Made by a program: the position numbers and the translations under genes. Below are positions 1 through 6,784 of a stretch of DNA of 16,462 nt, in pieces. Each line of letters starts with the position of its first letter. Position 1 is the first letter of the stretch. Source of the stretch: Bdellovibrionota bacterium. GTDB lineage: Bacteria > Bdellovibrionota_C > UBA2361 > JBIKWN01. The notes beneath the pieces were generated by a model. The model was not told where the DNA came from, did no database searches, and saw only the letters and a list, made by a program, of their open reading frames with translations. Location: NCBI GenBank assembly GCA_044356295.1, contig JBIKWN010000056.1, forward strand, positions 1-16,462. Direction: 5' to 3'.

Positions 1-1
1 T

Positions 2-178
2 AAAACCATCAACTTCTCTACTGCTTTCAGAGGAGAGAGCATAGCCATTGAGCCTGTCGATCGTGTAACTGTTCGTCTTTGGTTCACAGACTTTTGTTTA
101 GGTACCTGTGATAGAAATTTTAATGATAAAATTACTCCCCCAAAAATCTTGCGTAAGGACAAAATAGAAGGCTTATAA
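2..178 (+). mobile_element. C-terminal part of an IS481-family-like transposase (5' end outside the window)
   Basis: My translation of frame +2 is open from the window edge to TAA at 176-178: KTINFSTAFRGESIAIEPVDRVTVRLWFTDFCLGTCDRNFNDKITPPKILRKDKIEGL*. This resembles the IS481 C-terminal pattern (I.lS.af.Ge.vgl.evd.g.w.v.F..y.LG.iD) and is followed by an IS481-like end sequence. The catalytic DDE domain is not visible. Confidence 0.65.
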
Positions 179-187
179 TATGCTCAA

Positions 188-222
188 AAGTGTAAACCAT
201 GTATTGGCAGAGATCTGTAAAC
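188..222 (+). repeat. Putative IS481-type right-end subterminal repeats (incomplete)
   Basis: AAGTGTAAACCATGTATTGGCAGAGATCTGTAAAC: TGTAAAC occurs at 191 and 216, a 25-nt period like the tandem TGTnAnCnATGT units of IS481 ends. The second unit breaks off and no terminal ...ACA follows. Confidence 0.5.
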
Positions 223-310
223 GGTTTGAGCGCTCCGCTACGCTCACGCCTACGGTCAAGGTCACGGGGAAGAAAATCCTTAACTTAATGACATTAAGCT
301 GGCACCCCGA

Positions 311-733
311 CTAACGAGCATTCTCATACCGAGCAAGCTGAGACTTATACAGTCGATAAACCGAAGGATCCTCAGGAGGAGTAAGCTCAAACAGATCCCC
401 TAATTCCCCAAGTTCAGTTCCAGCAGCCGCAAAATCTTGCTGGGCAAAGAGCCCAATAATAAGAAATATTCGTAGTCCGATATTATCTTTATCTGTTTTA
501 AGACCCTGCTTAGCAGATTCGAGAAGCAATTCGAATTCATTATTGAAAGCATGAATATAACACCGACCCAACCACGCGAGAGTTTTGTCTGGTCGCACTG
601 CGGTAAGCCCTTTAAGAATTACTTCAGCAGTATGAAATTGACCGGATTGAATCAAATACCGGCTGATGGCATAGAATCTTTCATATTCATCTTCACCGTA
701 TATTTTTGAGAGGGAAATGTTTTCGTTGATCAT
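311..733 (-). CDS. TPR protein resembling class II T3SS (SycD/LcrH-type) chaperones
   Basis: 140 aa helical protein. EDEYERFYAISRYLIQSGQFHTAEVILKGLTAVRPDKTLAWLG matches the SycD-like TPR pattern (E.lY..ay.l.q.G....Ae..fkgL....P.....WLG). It lies at the distal end of the sct gene run. Confidence 0.6.
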   Translation of the reverse strand: MINENISLSKIYGEDEYERFYAISRYLIQSGQFHTAEVILKGLTAVRPDKTLAWLGRCYIHAFNNEFELLLESAKQGLKTDKDNIGLRIFLIIGLFAQQDFAAAGTELGELGDLFELTPPEDPSVYRLYKSQLARYENAR

Positions 734-735
734 CT

Positions 736-996
736 CTATCCTTTTTTTGTCTCAGGGATAGTAGTAGTAAATTGGAGTAATTCTCGAAGCATCGCTTCTT
801 CAAGAATTAGATTCATTTCGTGCTCCCGCTCTAGTGGTTGAGAACCACTTCTAAGGGTAAGGATTTGATCGAGACGAGAAAAAAGTACAGGGCGAGTGTT
901 TTCGATTGAAAGAGTGCTGACTTTTTCAGGAAGCAAACAAAAAAATGGTGCTATTGAAAAAGGATCAGGATGGAGGGGGGAGCGATCAGACGACAT
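736..996 (-). CDS. Small hypothetical protein
   Basis: 86 aa, ATG start, stop 2 nt before the TPR gene start. Pro/Ser-rich N-terminus and helical C-terminus (LILEEAMLRELLQF). No family recognised. Confidence 0.6.
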   Translation of the reverse strand: MSSDRSPLHPDPFSIAPFFCLLPEKVSTLSIENTRPVLFSRLDQILTLRSGSQPLEREHEMNLILEEAMLRELLQFTTTIPETKKG

Positions 997-1081
997 GGTG
1001 GTTACTTAATATTACTATCATAGGTTCTTTAGCGCAGCTAGATAGATCAAGGTCTTAGGGCGTATTTGAATATATATTTTA

Positions 1082-1151
1082 TAACGCGAAGGTCGCGAAG
1101 TACGCGAAGGGGTAAATCAGATCCTTCGCGTACTTCGTGACCTTCGCGTTA
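1082..1151. repeat. 29-bp inverted repeat (REP/MITE-like palindrome) built from CGCGAAG units
   Basis: Left arm 1082-1110 is TAACGCGAAGGTCGCGAAGTACGCGAAGG. Right arm 1123-1151 is its reverse complement with one mismatch (G1095/T1138). The loop is 12 nt. GC-rich element in an AT-rich intergenic region. Confidence 0.92.
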
Positions 1152-1206
1152 CAACTTTTTATAATTCATAACAGAGTGTCATGCCAGACTGATTATCTAA
1201 TACAAG

Positions 1207-1761
1207 CTAATGCTTAGGCCTTCCAGAAGCATATTCAAGCCTAAATAACCTTCTATCAATAAAAAAGCACAAAACTCCCTTCACAATGCTAATCCCACTC
1301 GCAATAAAAAGAAGTCTTGGGAGTAGTTTTTGAAGCGACTCGAGGGTTACCCCAGTAAGCTGAAATCCTTCTGAGATATTCCAAATAATACCAAGCAAAA
1401 TCAGAGCAGATATAAAATCAATCACACCGAAGTACATCAAACTCTTTGAGGACTGAGCATCGTCTACAATTTCAAATCGGGTATAAAATTTAGTCTGAAG
1501 AACAGTTAATGTAAATGAAAGAGCGATAATCACTGCAGTACTCGCTGCAATAAACAGAAACCATGGAATAATCATTGAAAGAATGACTTCTGATGTAAGT
1601 GCAGAGGGAAATGATATCTTCCACGGAACACCTTTAATTAAAATTGCTAGGAGTGCCATCGTAATACCACGAGCAATCGTTCGACTCGTTGCTTGAGAGA
1701 CAAAAACAATTCCTTCTTCTCGTAAACGCTCTATATCTAGCTTAGAATCTGCTGCAGTCAT
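1207..1761 (-). CDS. sctU: SctU/FlhB-like export-gate protein, transmembrane domain only
   Basis: The N-terminal ERLREEGIVFVS matches FlhB/SctU (kl.kaReeGqv.kS). About four hydrophobic segments, LQTKF (cf. lQ.Gf) after TM2 and IDRRLFR after TM4. It ends at 184 aa with no NPTH motif. Coupled to sctS by a TAATG overlap at 1759-1763. Confidence 0.65.
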   Translation of the reverse strand: MTAADSKLDIERLREEGIVFVSQATSRTIARGITMALLAILIKGVPWKISFPSALTSEVILSMIIPWFLFIAASTAVIIALSFTLTVLQTKFYTRFEIVDDAQSSKSLMYFGVIDFISALILLGIIWNISEGFQLTGVTLESLQKLLPRLLFIASGISIVKGVLCFFIDRRLFRLEYASGRPKH

Positions 1762-1997
1762 TACATTGTGCCGTTAATACACGCGACCATGAGTCCTTGA
1801 AAACTTTCAATAAGCGTTGGAAGAATAACAGTCAGGGCTAATCCTAAGCAGAGAAGCTTTACTCCGTAAATTAATGCTGATTCAGAGAGTCTAAAAAAAG
1901 ATTGTAAAATCCCAGCAATTAATCCACCAAAAACAGAGACACAAAGTAATGGAAGCGCTAATAGAATTATGATTCGAATCGACTGCTCAATTATCAT
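1761..1997 (-). CDS. sctS: SctS/FliQ-family export-gate subunit (divergent)
   Basis: LALPLLCVSVFGGLIAGILQSFFRLSESALIYGVKLL aligns with FliQ/SctS P.L......GL.isilQa.TQi.E.TL.f..K. I moved the start from 2027 to the ATG at 1997 (78 aa), which forms an ATGA overlap with the sctR stop. Confidence 0.85.
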   Translation of the reverse strand: MIIEQSIRIIILLALPLLCVSVFGGLIAGILQSFFRLSESALIYGVKLLCLGLALTVILPTLIESFQGLMVACINGTM

Positions 1998-2515
1998 CCC
2001 AATAACCTCTGTGTAATTAATGACCAACCATCAACTGACAAGAATAAAACTACTTTAAGAGGCAATGATAAAACTGAAACAGATAAGCCTTGAAAATCGA
2101 GTAATCGAAAAATGTGAAGGACCACAAGATCGATAATTAAAAATGGTATCAAAAGAAGAATTCCTGAGGTCATCCCTCTGGTTAAATCAGAGGTAATCAC
2201 CAACAAGGGAATCCGTGCTTCATGATCTTTAAATGTCTTTTCAATTTTTTGGGATACTACAGTGCCGTCTATCCTCTGCTCAAGCAAGGCTTGATACTGC
2301 CCGTTCATTGCACTCACCGGAGTCCCAGTAGCAACCTCAAATCGAATGACAGAGATATAGAACCCAAGTAAAATCGCACAAAACCCAAAGAAGATACCTC
2401 GAGCCCCCAGACCTACCATCAGAAACTGCAAAGAAATAATAGACTGAACAGCCCCACCTATAAGTATAATAGGGAGTATCGTGTCTAATGAATTAAGAGA
2501 ATGCATCCATTCCAT
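1994..2515 (-). CDS. sctR: SctR/FliP-family export-gate subunit (short, divergent)
   Basis: The C-terminal IPFLIIDLVV...LSLPLKVVLFLSVDGW is the FliP/SctR signature (iPFLiIDLVv...islPfKl.LFvlvDGW). The N-terminal half is degenerate. An in-frame stop at 2528-2530 prevents upstream extension. Confidence 0.9.
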   Translation of the reverse strand: MEWMHSLNSLDTILPIILIGGAVQSIISLQFLMVGLGARGIFFGFCAILLGFYISVIRFEVATGTPVSAMNGQYQALLEQRIDGTVVSQKIEKTFKDHEARIPLLVITSDLTRGMTSGILLLIPFLIIDLVVLHIFRLLDFQGLSVSVLSLPLKVVLFLSVDGWSLITQRLLG

Positions 2516-3023
2516 GAAGAGAGTAAATCACAGCTTTGTCTTTGCAGCGAGATACCTATTATCTTTGAGTGCCATTTTTTTCATCTCTTTTCCCCTCGTC
2601 GCTCAAAATAATCCGACCAGAGAGAACTTGGCTGAGAAATACCGTCAAGTAAATGAAGAAAGAATCTTTTTTCAAAGTAAGACAAAAAAATATATCTCGA
2701 TGGATGAATGCTATAAACACTGCCTCAGTAAGAACGCTACAGCAGCCCTGTGTGAGGATTCACTAACTCAGGTAAGGAATCAGATAGATCGTACTAATGC
2801 ATTAATTCCCGCTACCCCACTGCCCTCACCTCAACCAAATTCAGATATCTCAGTAGAGCAAAATACAACGATAGTTGTTGGGAGTTCTTATTTTTTTACA
2901 CCAGTACCAACAAGAGTCATTCCTCCGACTGCAATGCCTGTACCATCGCGAAATCAGTTTACTCCACGCCCTGGATTTACTCCTCAAAATAGATTTCAAG
3001 GTGGGGATGGATTTAATCAGTAA
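2514..3023 (+). CDS. Putative secreted protein with Cys motif and Pro/Thr-rich tail
   Basis: The ATG at 2514 gives a Sec-type signal peptide (MKR...LLSLSAIFFISFPLVA/QNN). It carries CYKHC-x9-C and PATPLPSP/PTPVPT low-complexity segments, and fills the sctQ-sctR gap almost exactly. The GTG at 2481 is less likely because it overlaps sctR further. Confidence 0.7.
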   Translation: MKRVNHSFVFAARYLLSLSAIFFISFPLVAQNNPTRENLAEKYRQVNEERIFFQSKTKKYISMDECYKHCLSKNATAALCEDSLTQVRNQIDRTNALIPATPLPSPQPNSDISVEQNTTIVVGSSYFFTPVPTRVIPPTAMPVPSRNQFTPRPGFTPQNRFQGGDGFNQ

Positions 3024-3029
3024 GAAAAA

Positions 3030-4058
3030 TTAGAGAACATTGAGCGCAAATCGATCATCATAAACACTGAGCTTACCTCGAGCGATTATCTCACCATTCA
3101 AATACATATCTACAAGATCAGATAACTTAATTCCAGTATCCCACACAGTTCCCGGAGATACATTTTCTTGAACAACAGCGCTATCAACATTAATCTTTCC
3201 GAGAACAACTGATATCCGTGTCATTCCCTCTGGTAAAATGGGTTGTACAGGATTCATTGATATAGTTTCGACAGCTAATTTACCGTCTGACTGAAACATG
3301 CGCGCCGAACCAAGGAGGCGCTCTGAAGTTCTAATAAAAATCGTATCTGATAAAGGAACTTCAAGATCAATTTTTGTATCAGGCTGAGTATACTGCACCA
3401 GATCTGCTGGTGGCACTGCAAGCTGTGCCACTTCAAAAAATACTGTCATGACTCCACTTGGAACTTGTGTTGTCGTTTTTTGAACAGGTTGATTCTGACG
3501 TTTCCACATTGCATCTAAACGCTCAACAACAGATTTTCCTAGACCAAGCCAAATCGTTGCTTCGTTACCATGAATTGTAAATGAAACTTTTACCGCACCT
3601 GCAATTGGAATACTAAATGGATCAATTCGTTTATCGAATAAAAGCTCGATAGCTTCCGAACCAACCCACGTACTTTTAAGAGTCGCTAGAATCCTTCGTG
3701 CTAAATATTCAAGTACAATATCTCTGTTTTCAGGATACGCACCTGGAACAACAACATCAATCGCCATGCGAATGGCTTCTCTATCAAAAAATAAACCGAA
3801 TGATTCATTATCAATTGAACCACCATATCCAAGTTCAAGCCCTTCGGGTACAGATCGTTCGGGGGTAACTTCCGTGACTCGTAATTCAGAAGAAAGTGAA
3901 TGAAAAAGGGGTAACCACTCTGACGCCAGTTGAGGAAACCATCTCTCGGGACGTGAGCGTAAAAAACCCTTAGCCAGTTTTAGGGCTGATAGATCAATAG
4001 GCTGCAGGCTTGTCCTCCACTGCCATACTTCAAGGATTGGTTCTTGCTGTTCCGTCAT
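3030..4058 (-). CDS. sctQ: SctQ/FliM-FliN-family C-ring (sorting platform) protein
   Basis: 342 aa with a C-terminal SPOA domain (ISVVLGKINV...PGTVWD...VDMYLNGEIIARGKLSVYDDRFALNV) and a preceding degenerate SPOA-like segment. Lies upstream of sctR. ATGA overlap with the previous gene. Confidence 0.85.
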   Translation of the reverse strand: MTEQQEPILEVWQWRTSLQPIDLSALKLAKGFLRSRPERWFPQLASEWLPLFHSLSSELRVTEVTPERSVPEGLELGYGGSIDNESFGLFFDREAIRMAIDVVVPGAYPENRDIVLEYLARRILATLKSTWVGSEAIELLFDKRIDPFSIPIAGAVKVSFTIHGNEATIWLGLGKSVVERLDAMWKRQNQPVQKTTTQVPSGVMTVFFEVAQLAVPPADLVQYTQPDTKIDLEVPLSDTIFIRTSERLLGSARMFQSDGKLAVETISMNPVQPILPEGMTRISVVLGKINVDSAVVQENVSPGTVWDTGIKLSDLVDMYLNGEIIARGKLSVYDDRFALNVL

Positions 4059-4354
4059 ACTTCTTCCATCGCTTCCTGTAACTCTACTGCACGTTCTTGC
4101 GCGCGCTCAATCCCCTTCGTGACTTCTTTGATATCATCATTGATTTTTTTAAGCTTTTTCATAAGCTCCACTCTATTTGATGCAAGATGAGCAATCTCAT
4201 GTGCAGTCATGACCCTACGAAATCCTTCAGAATGGGATTCATCGGCCAAAGAATTCTTTAGTGTTTCAAGTCGAGCAAGCTCTGTTTGTCTGCGTTGAAG
4301 CTCCGACATGACACGTTGCAACGCTTCTTGTAACTCTGAAAGGTTCTCTTCCAC
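4055..4354 (-). CDS. Coiled-coil protein, SctO/FliJ-like stalk candidate
   Basis: 99 aa, charged with heptad patterning and two long helices. Located just upstream of sctQ, close to the usual sctO position. The GTG start overlaps the upstream TAG. Confidence 0.5.
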   Translation of the reverse strand: MEENLSELQEALQRVMSELQRRQTELARLETLKNSLADESHSEGFRRVMTAHEIAHLASNRVELMKKLKKINDDIKEVTKGIERAQERAVELQEAMEEV

Positions 4355-4581
4355 TACCGAGACATCTCTTCAAGACTTTCTCTTAAAATAGTTCCAGCAA
4401 GAGGCATCCGAATCTCAGGAGCAAGCATAGCTAATGTATGCGCAGCCTCCTTAAGTGCAGCACCATACAGCTCATCGTATTGAAGATAATTTTCGGCTTC
4501 CCTTCCATCAAGTAATACTGCCACTGCAACGAGTGCGCGGTCGCGTGGAGCAAGAAGTTGAATTGTTTTCTCAATAGACAT
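4354..4581 (-). CDS. Small helical protein in the SctK/FliG position
   Basis: 75 aa directly after sctJ. LAPRDRALVAVAVLLDGREA loosely resembles the FliG N-terminal helix (ls..qkAailll.lg.e.a). The gene call is supported by tight coupling on both sides. The family is tentative. Confidence 0.5.
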   Translation of the reverse strand: MSIEKTIQLLAPRDRALVAVAVLLDGREAENYLQYDELYGAALKEAAHTLAMLAPEIRMPLAGTILRESLEEMSR

Positions 4582-4583
4582 AT

Positions 4584-5471
4584 TTAATCTCTTGTAATCT
4601 TAGGAAGTTCAACTGATCGTTTTGCTAAACGTGGAAAACTAGATACACGCTCTTGATCAAGCTCTACTCTTGTTTTCTGTAAAAAACCAAACCAGTATCC
4701 TAAAAATGCCCCAAGGCCCGCAATAAGGATTACTCCACCAAAAATAGTAAGTGAAAGAGTTGATATTTCAACCTCTGGAACATTAAAAACTCCTAAAAAA
4801 GGTACAAGGGGTAATGAGACAACAATGCCATCTTTATTTTTTACGCCCATTACATTCTTAATCGTTTTATCAACTGCATCGACTGCTGTGATCTGAACTG
4901 ATTCTGCTGATACACCAGGAACCGCTTTAAGGACCATCTGCACAATTGCGTTCTCATCGACCGTTGCACCATCAGTGCGTTTGATAATTAACGAGACACT
5001 TGGCGTACTATTTTGCCCCGTCCTTACAATCGCTCGAATTTCTTTGACAGTCGGAAGCACTCGAAGTGCTTCTTCTAACTCTGCAGCTCTTGCTCTATCA
5101 AGTCTCAGAGCTTCAATATCACGAGACGAAGGAAGAAATCCTCGTTGAGCAATTGACTCTGCAAACGTTAATTCTTCTCTTCTTGGAAGGTTATGTGCAT
5201 GCAGCAATACAATTGCTTGGGTATATTGATCACCTCTTACAGAGACAATATATCCACTTTGAGAGCCTGAGGATTTTTGAATTTTTCCTGCTATGCCTGC
5301 ATCAGCAAATAAAGAAACTATCTCTGTTGCTTGCTCTTGACTAATTCCTTCAACAACATTTTGACTGGAACAACCAGCTGAAAAAATGCAAAGAACAACA
5401 AGAGCTACTTTGAGCCAAGTCTGAGCAAGTACATGACTTACTGTGTGTGTAAAATTATCGTGCCCCAACAT
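4584..5471 (-). CDS. sctJ: SctJ (YscJ/PrgK)-family inner-membrane ring lipoprotein
   Basis: Lipobox-like FSAG-C34, then VVEGISQEQATEIVSLFADAGI, AIVLLHAHNLPR and GFLPSSRDIEALRLDRARAAELEEALRVLPTVKEIRAIV, all in YscJ motif order. C-terminal TM helix. At 295 aa it is too short for FliF. Confidence 0.9.
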   Translation of the reverse strand: MLGHDNFTHTVSHVLAQTWLKVALVVLCIFSAGCSSQNVVEGISQEQATEIVSLFADAGIAGKIQKSSGSQSGYIVSVRGDQYTQAIVLLHAHNLPRREELTFAESIAQRGFLPSSRDIEALRLDRARAAELEEALRVLPTVKEIRAIVRTGQNSTPSVSLIIKRTDGATVDENAIVQMVLKAVPGVSAESVQITAVDAVDKTIKNVMGVKNKDGIVVSLPLVPFLGVFNVPEVEISTLSLTIFGGVILIAGLGAFLGYWFGFLQKTRVELDQERVSSFPRLAKRSVELPKITRD

Positions 5472-6780
5472 TAGCGATTACCGAGACTAAAAATTCTAAG
5501 TCTCCAAATCGTACCCAGTCACCGTGCTGTAGCACAACCGTATCATATTCACGGCGATACGCTGTTGCATCACCAGTGCGAATAAAGACTCCACGGTCAC
5601 TTTTAAGATCTTGCACTAAAATGCCTGTATCATTCCCAATGGTGAACATAGCATGAGGGGTAGAGATGGTTTCATCTTCAAGAACAAGATCAGTACTGCG
5701 AAGCTGTGTGCTGCTCACGAAGAATCGACCTTCACGAAGCTCTATTGAACTTCCATTTGGATCTACATAGCTCACCAGCCACCCAAAAATCGTTCCGAGC
5801 TTTTCACCTCGTTTAATAGCATCTTTCGAACCATCACGAGCCACTGGAGCTGCTTTTGGACGCACCACTGGTGGTACTGAGTCCGACACTGAATCTTTCA
5901 TTTGTGGCTTCATATCAACCTCTTGTTCCTTAACCTTATTTACAACTTCTTGTTGTACTGCTTGTACTGGAGTAATAACTGGCTCAACTTTTGGCTCTTC
6001 AACAATTTGAGCTGGAGCTACTGGAGCCTGAACATTTTTCGGCTCAACCTTAGTTTCTTGTTTTGGTTTAGCGTCAAAACGAGACGGCGCACCAAACGAC
6101 AAGCCTTTCGAAAACTTACCCTTGCCTTGTTCAACGACAACTCTCGGTTTTGGTTGCGGAGCTGAGAAGTTTTCAACTTTTTTCTGGGCTTGAGCTAAAA
6201 CGTCTGCATTAAGCTTCGGCTCTACAATAGGAGTTTCTTCATTTTTAACTGGGAGTTCTGGATCGAGAGGTTTCGCTTGCTTTGATTCCTCTACTTTAGT
6301 TTCTTTCTGCTGATCATCTTCGTCATCGAAATCATCAAAGTCGTCGAAATCATCTAGATCATCTAAGTCATCAAGCTCTTCATCAAAATCATCGAAGTCA
6401 TCTTTTTCTTGAACAGCTGCCTCTACAGGTTCTTGCGGTTGTGATGAGGTATCTTCGGCAACAGGTGCTGCTTGTTGTACGTCGGCAGTATCATCTTCAA
6501 GAAAATCATCAAGTGGACTTTTTGGTTCTACTTCTGATTCAGGCGCATTTCCCTCATCACGAAGTTGTTGAATTTGATCATTAAAATCAGCAGCTCCAGC
6601 AGTTGTAGTTGTCTTTTGACGAACTCTACTGGTTGGTGGTGTTGGAGTAGAACCACTATCAGGTTTTAATTCTGTTCCAAGTCCAGCGCCACACATGCGA
6701 CACCGTGTCGACATTGCAGGGACAAGACTTCTGCACTCGGGACATCGAACAAAGGTTAATTCGGTTGTATCAGTTGCCAT
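5455..6780 (-). CDS. Zn-ribbon / long acidic disordered linker / C-terminal FHA-like domain protein
   Basis: N-terminal CPEC-x10-CRMC, an Asp/Glu/Pro-rich linker, and a C-terminal GWLV...DLVLEDETISTPHAMF...VQDLKSDRGVFI...LQHGDWVRFG FHA-fold pattern. Confidence 0.85.
   Translation of the reverse strand: MATDTTELTFVRCPECRSLVPAMSTRCRMCGAGLGTELKPDSGSTPTPPTSRVRQKTTTTAGAADFNDQIQQLRDEGNAPESEVEPKSPLDDFLEDDTADVQQAAPVAEDTSSQPQEPVEAAVQEKDDFDDFDEELDDLDDLDDFDDFDDFDDEDDQQKETKVEESKQAKPLDPELPVKNEETPIVEPKLNADVLAQAQKKVENFSAPQPKPRVVVEQGKGKFSKGLSFGAPSRFDAKPKQETKVEPKNVQAPVAPAQIVEEPKVEPVITPVQAVQQEVVNKVKEQEVDMKPQMKDSVSDSVPPVVRPKAAPVARDGSKDAIKRGEKLGTIFGWLVSYVDPNGSSIELREGRFFVSSTQLRSTDLVLEDETISTPHAMFTIGNDTGILVQDLKSDRGVFIRTGDATAYRREYDTVVLQHGDWVRFGDLEFLVSVIANVGAR
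6313..6402 (-). repeat. Coding 9-bp-period repeat encoding (DD[F/L])n
   Basis: Encodes DDFDDFDEELDDLDDLDDFDDFDDFDDEDD. Synonymous codons vary between units. Confidence 0.9.
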
Positions 6781-6784
6781 AAAT

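Noticed and set aside
736..996. Split-off SctU cytoplasmic domain
   Set aside because: No NPTH motif or other FlhB-C features (such as A.G....A..I...A....vP) are visible.
1082..1151. CRISPR array or tRNA
   Set aside because: It is a single inverted repeat with no repeat-spacer periodicity and no cloverleaf or T-loop motifs.
1172..1187. Sigma-54 promoter on the minus strand (TGGCATG...)
   Set aside because: The -12 position reads TCTG rather than TTGC. The TGGCAC at 300 also lacks a -12 box.
1998..2027. Longer sctS start given by the ORF track
   Set aside because: It would overlap sctR by 34 nt. The ATG at 1997 gives an ATGA coupling and a plausible length.
1207..5471. Ordinary flagellar fliF-G-...-fliM/N-P-Q-R-flhB operon
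   Set aside because: The ring protein is a 295-aa lipoprotein of SctJ type rather than FliF. There are no rod, hook or fliR genes, and FHA and SycD-like genes flank the run.
6313..6402. Phase-variable or slippage DNA repeat
   Set aside because: The units are in-frame 9-mers with diverged synonymous codons, so this is a protein-level low-complexity tract.
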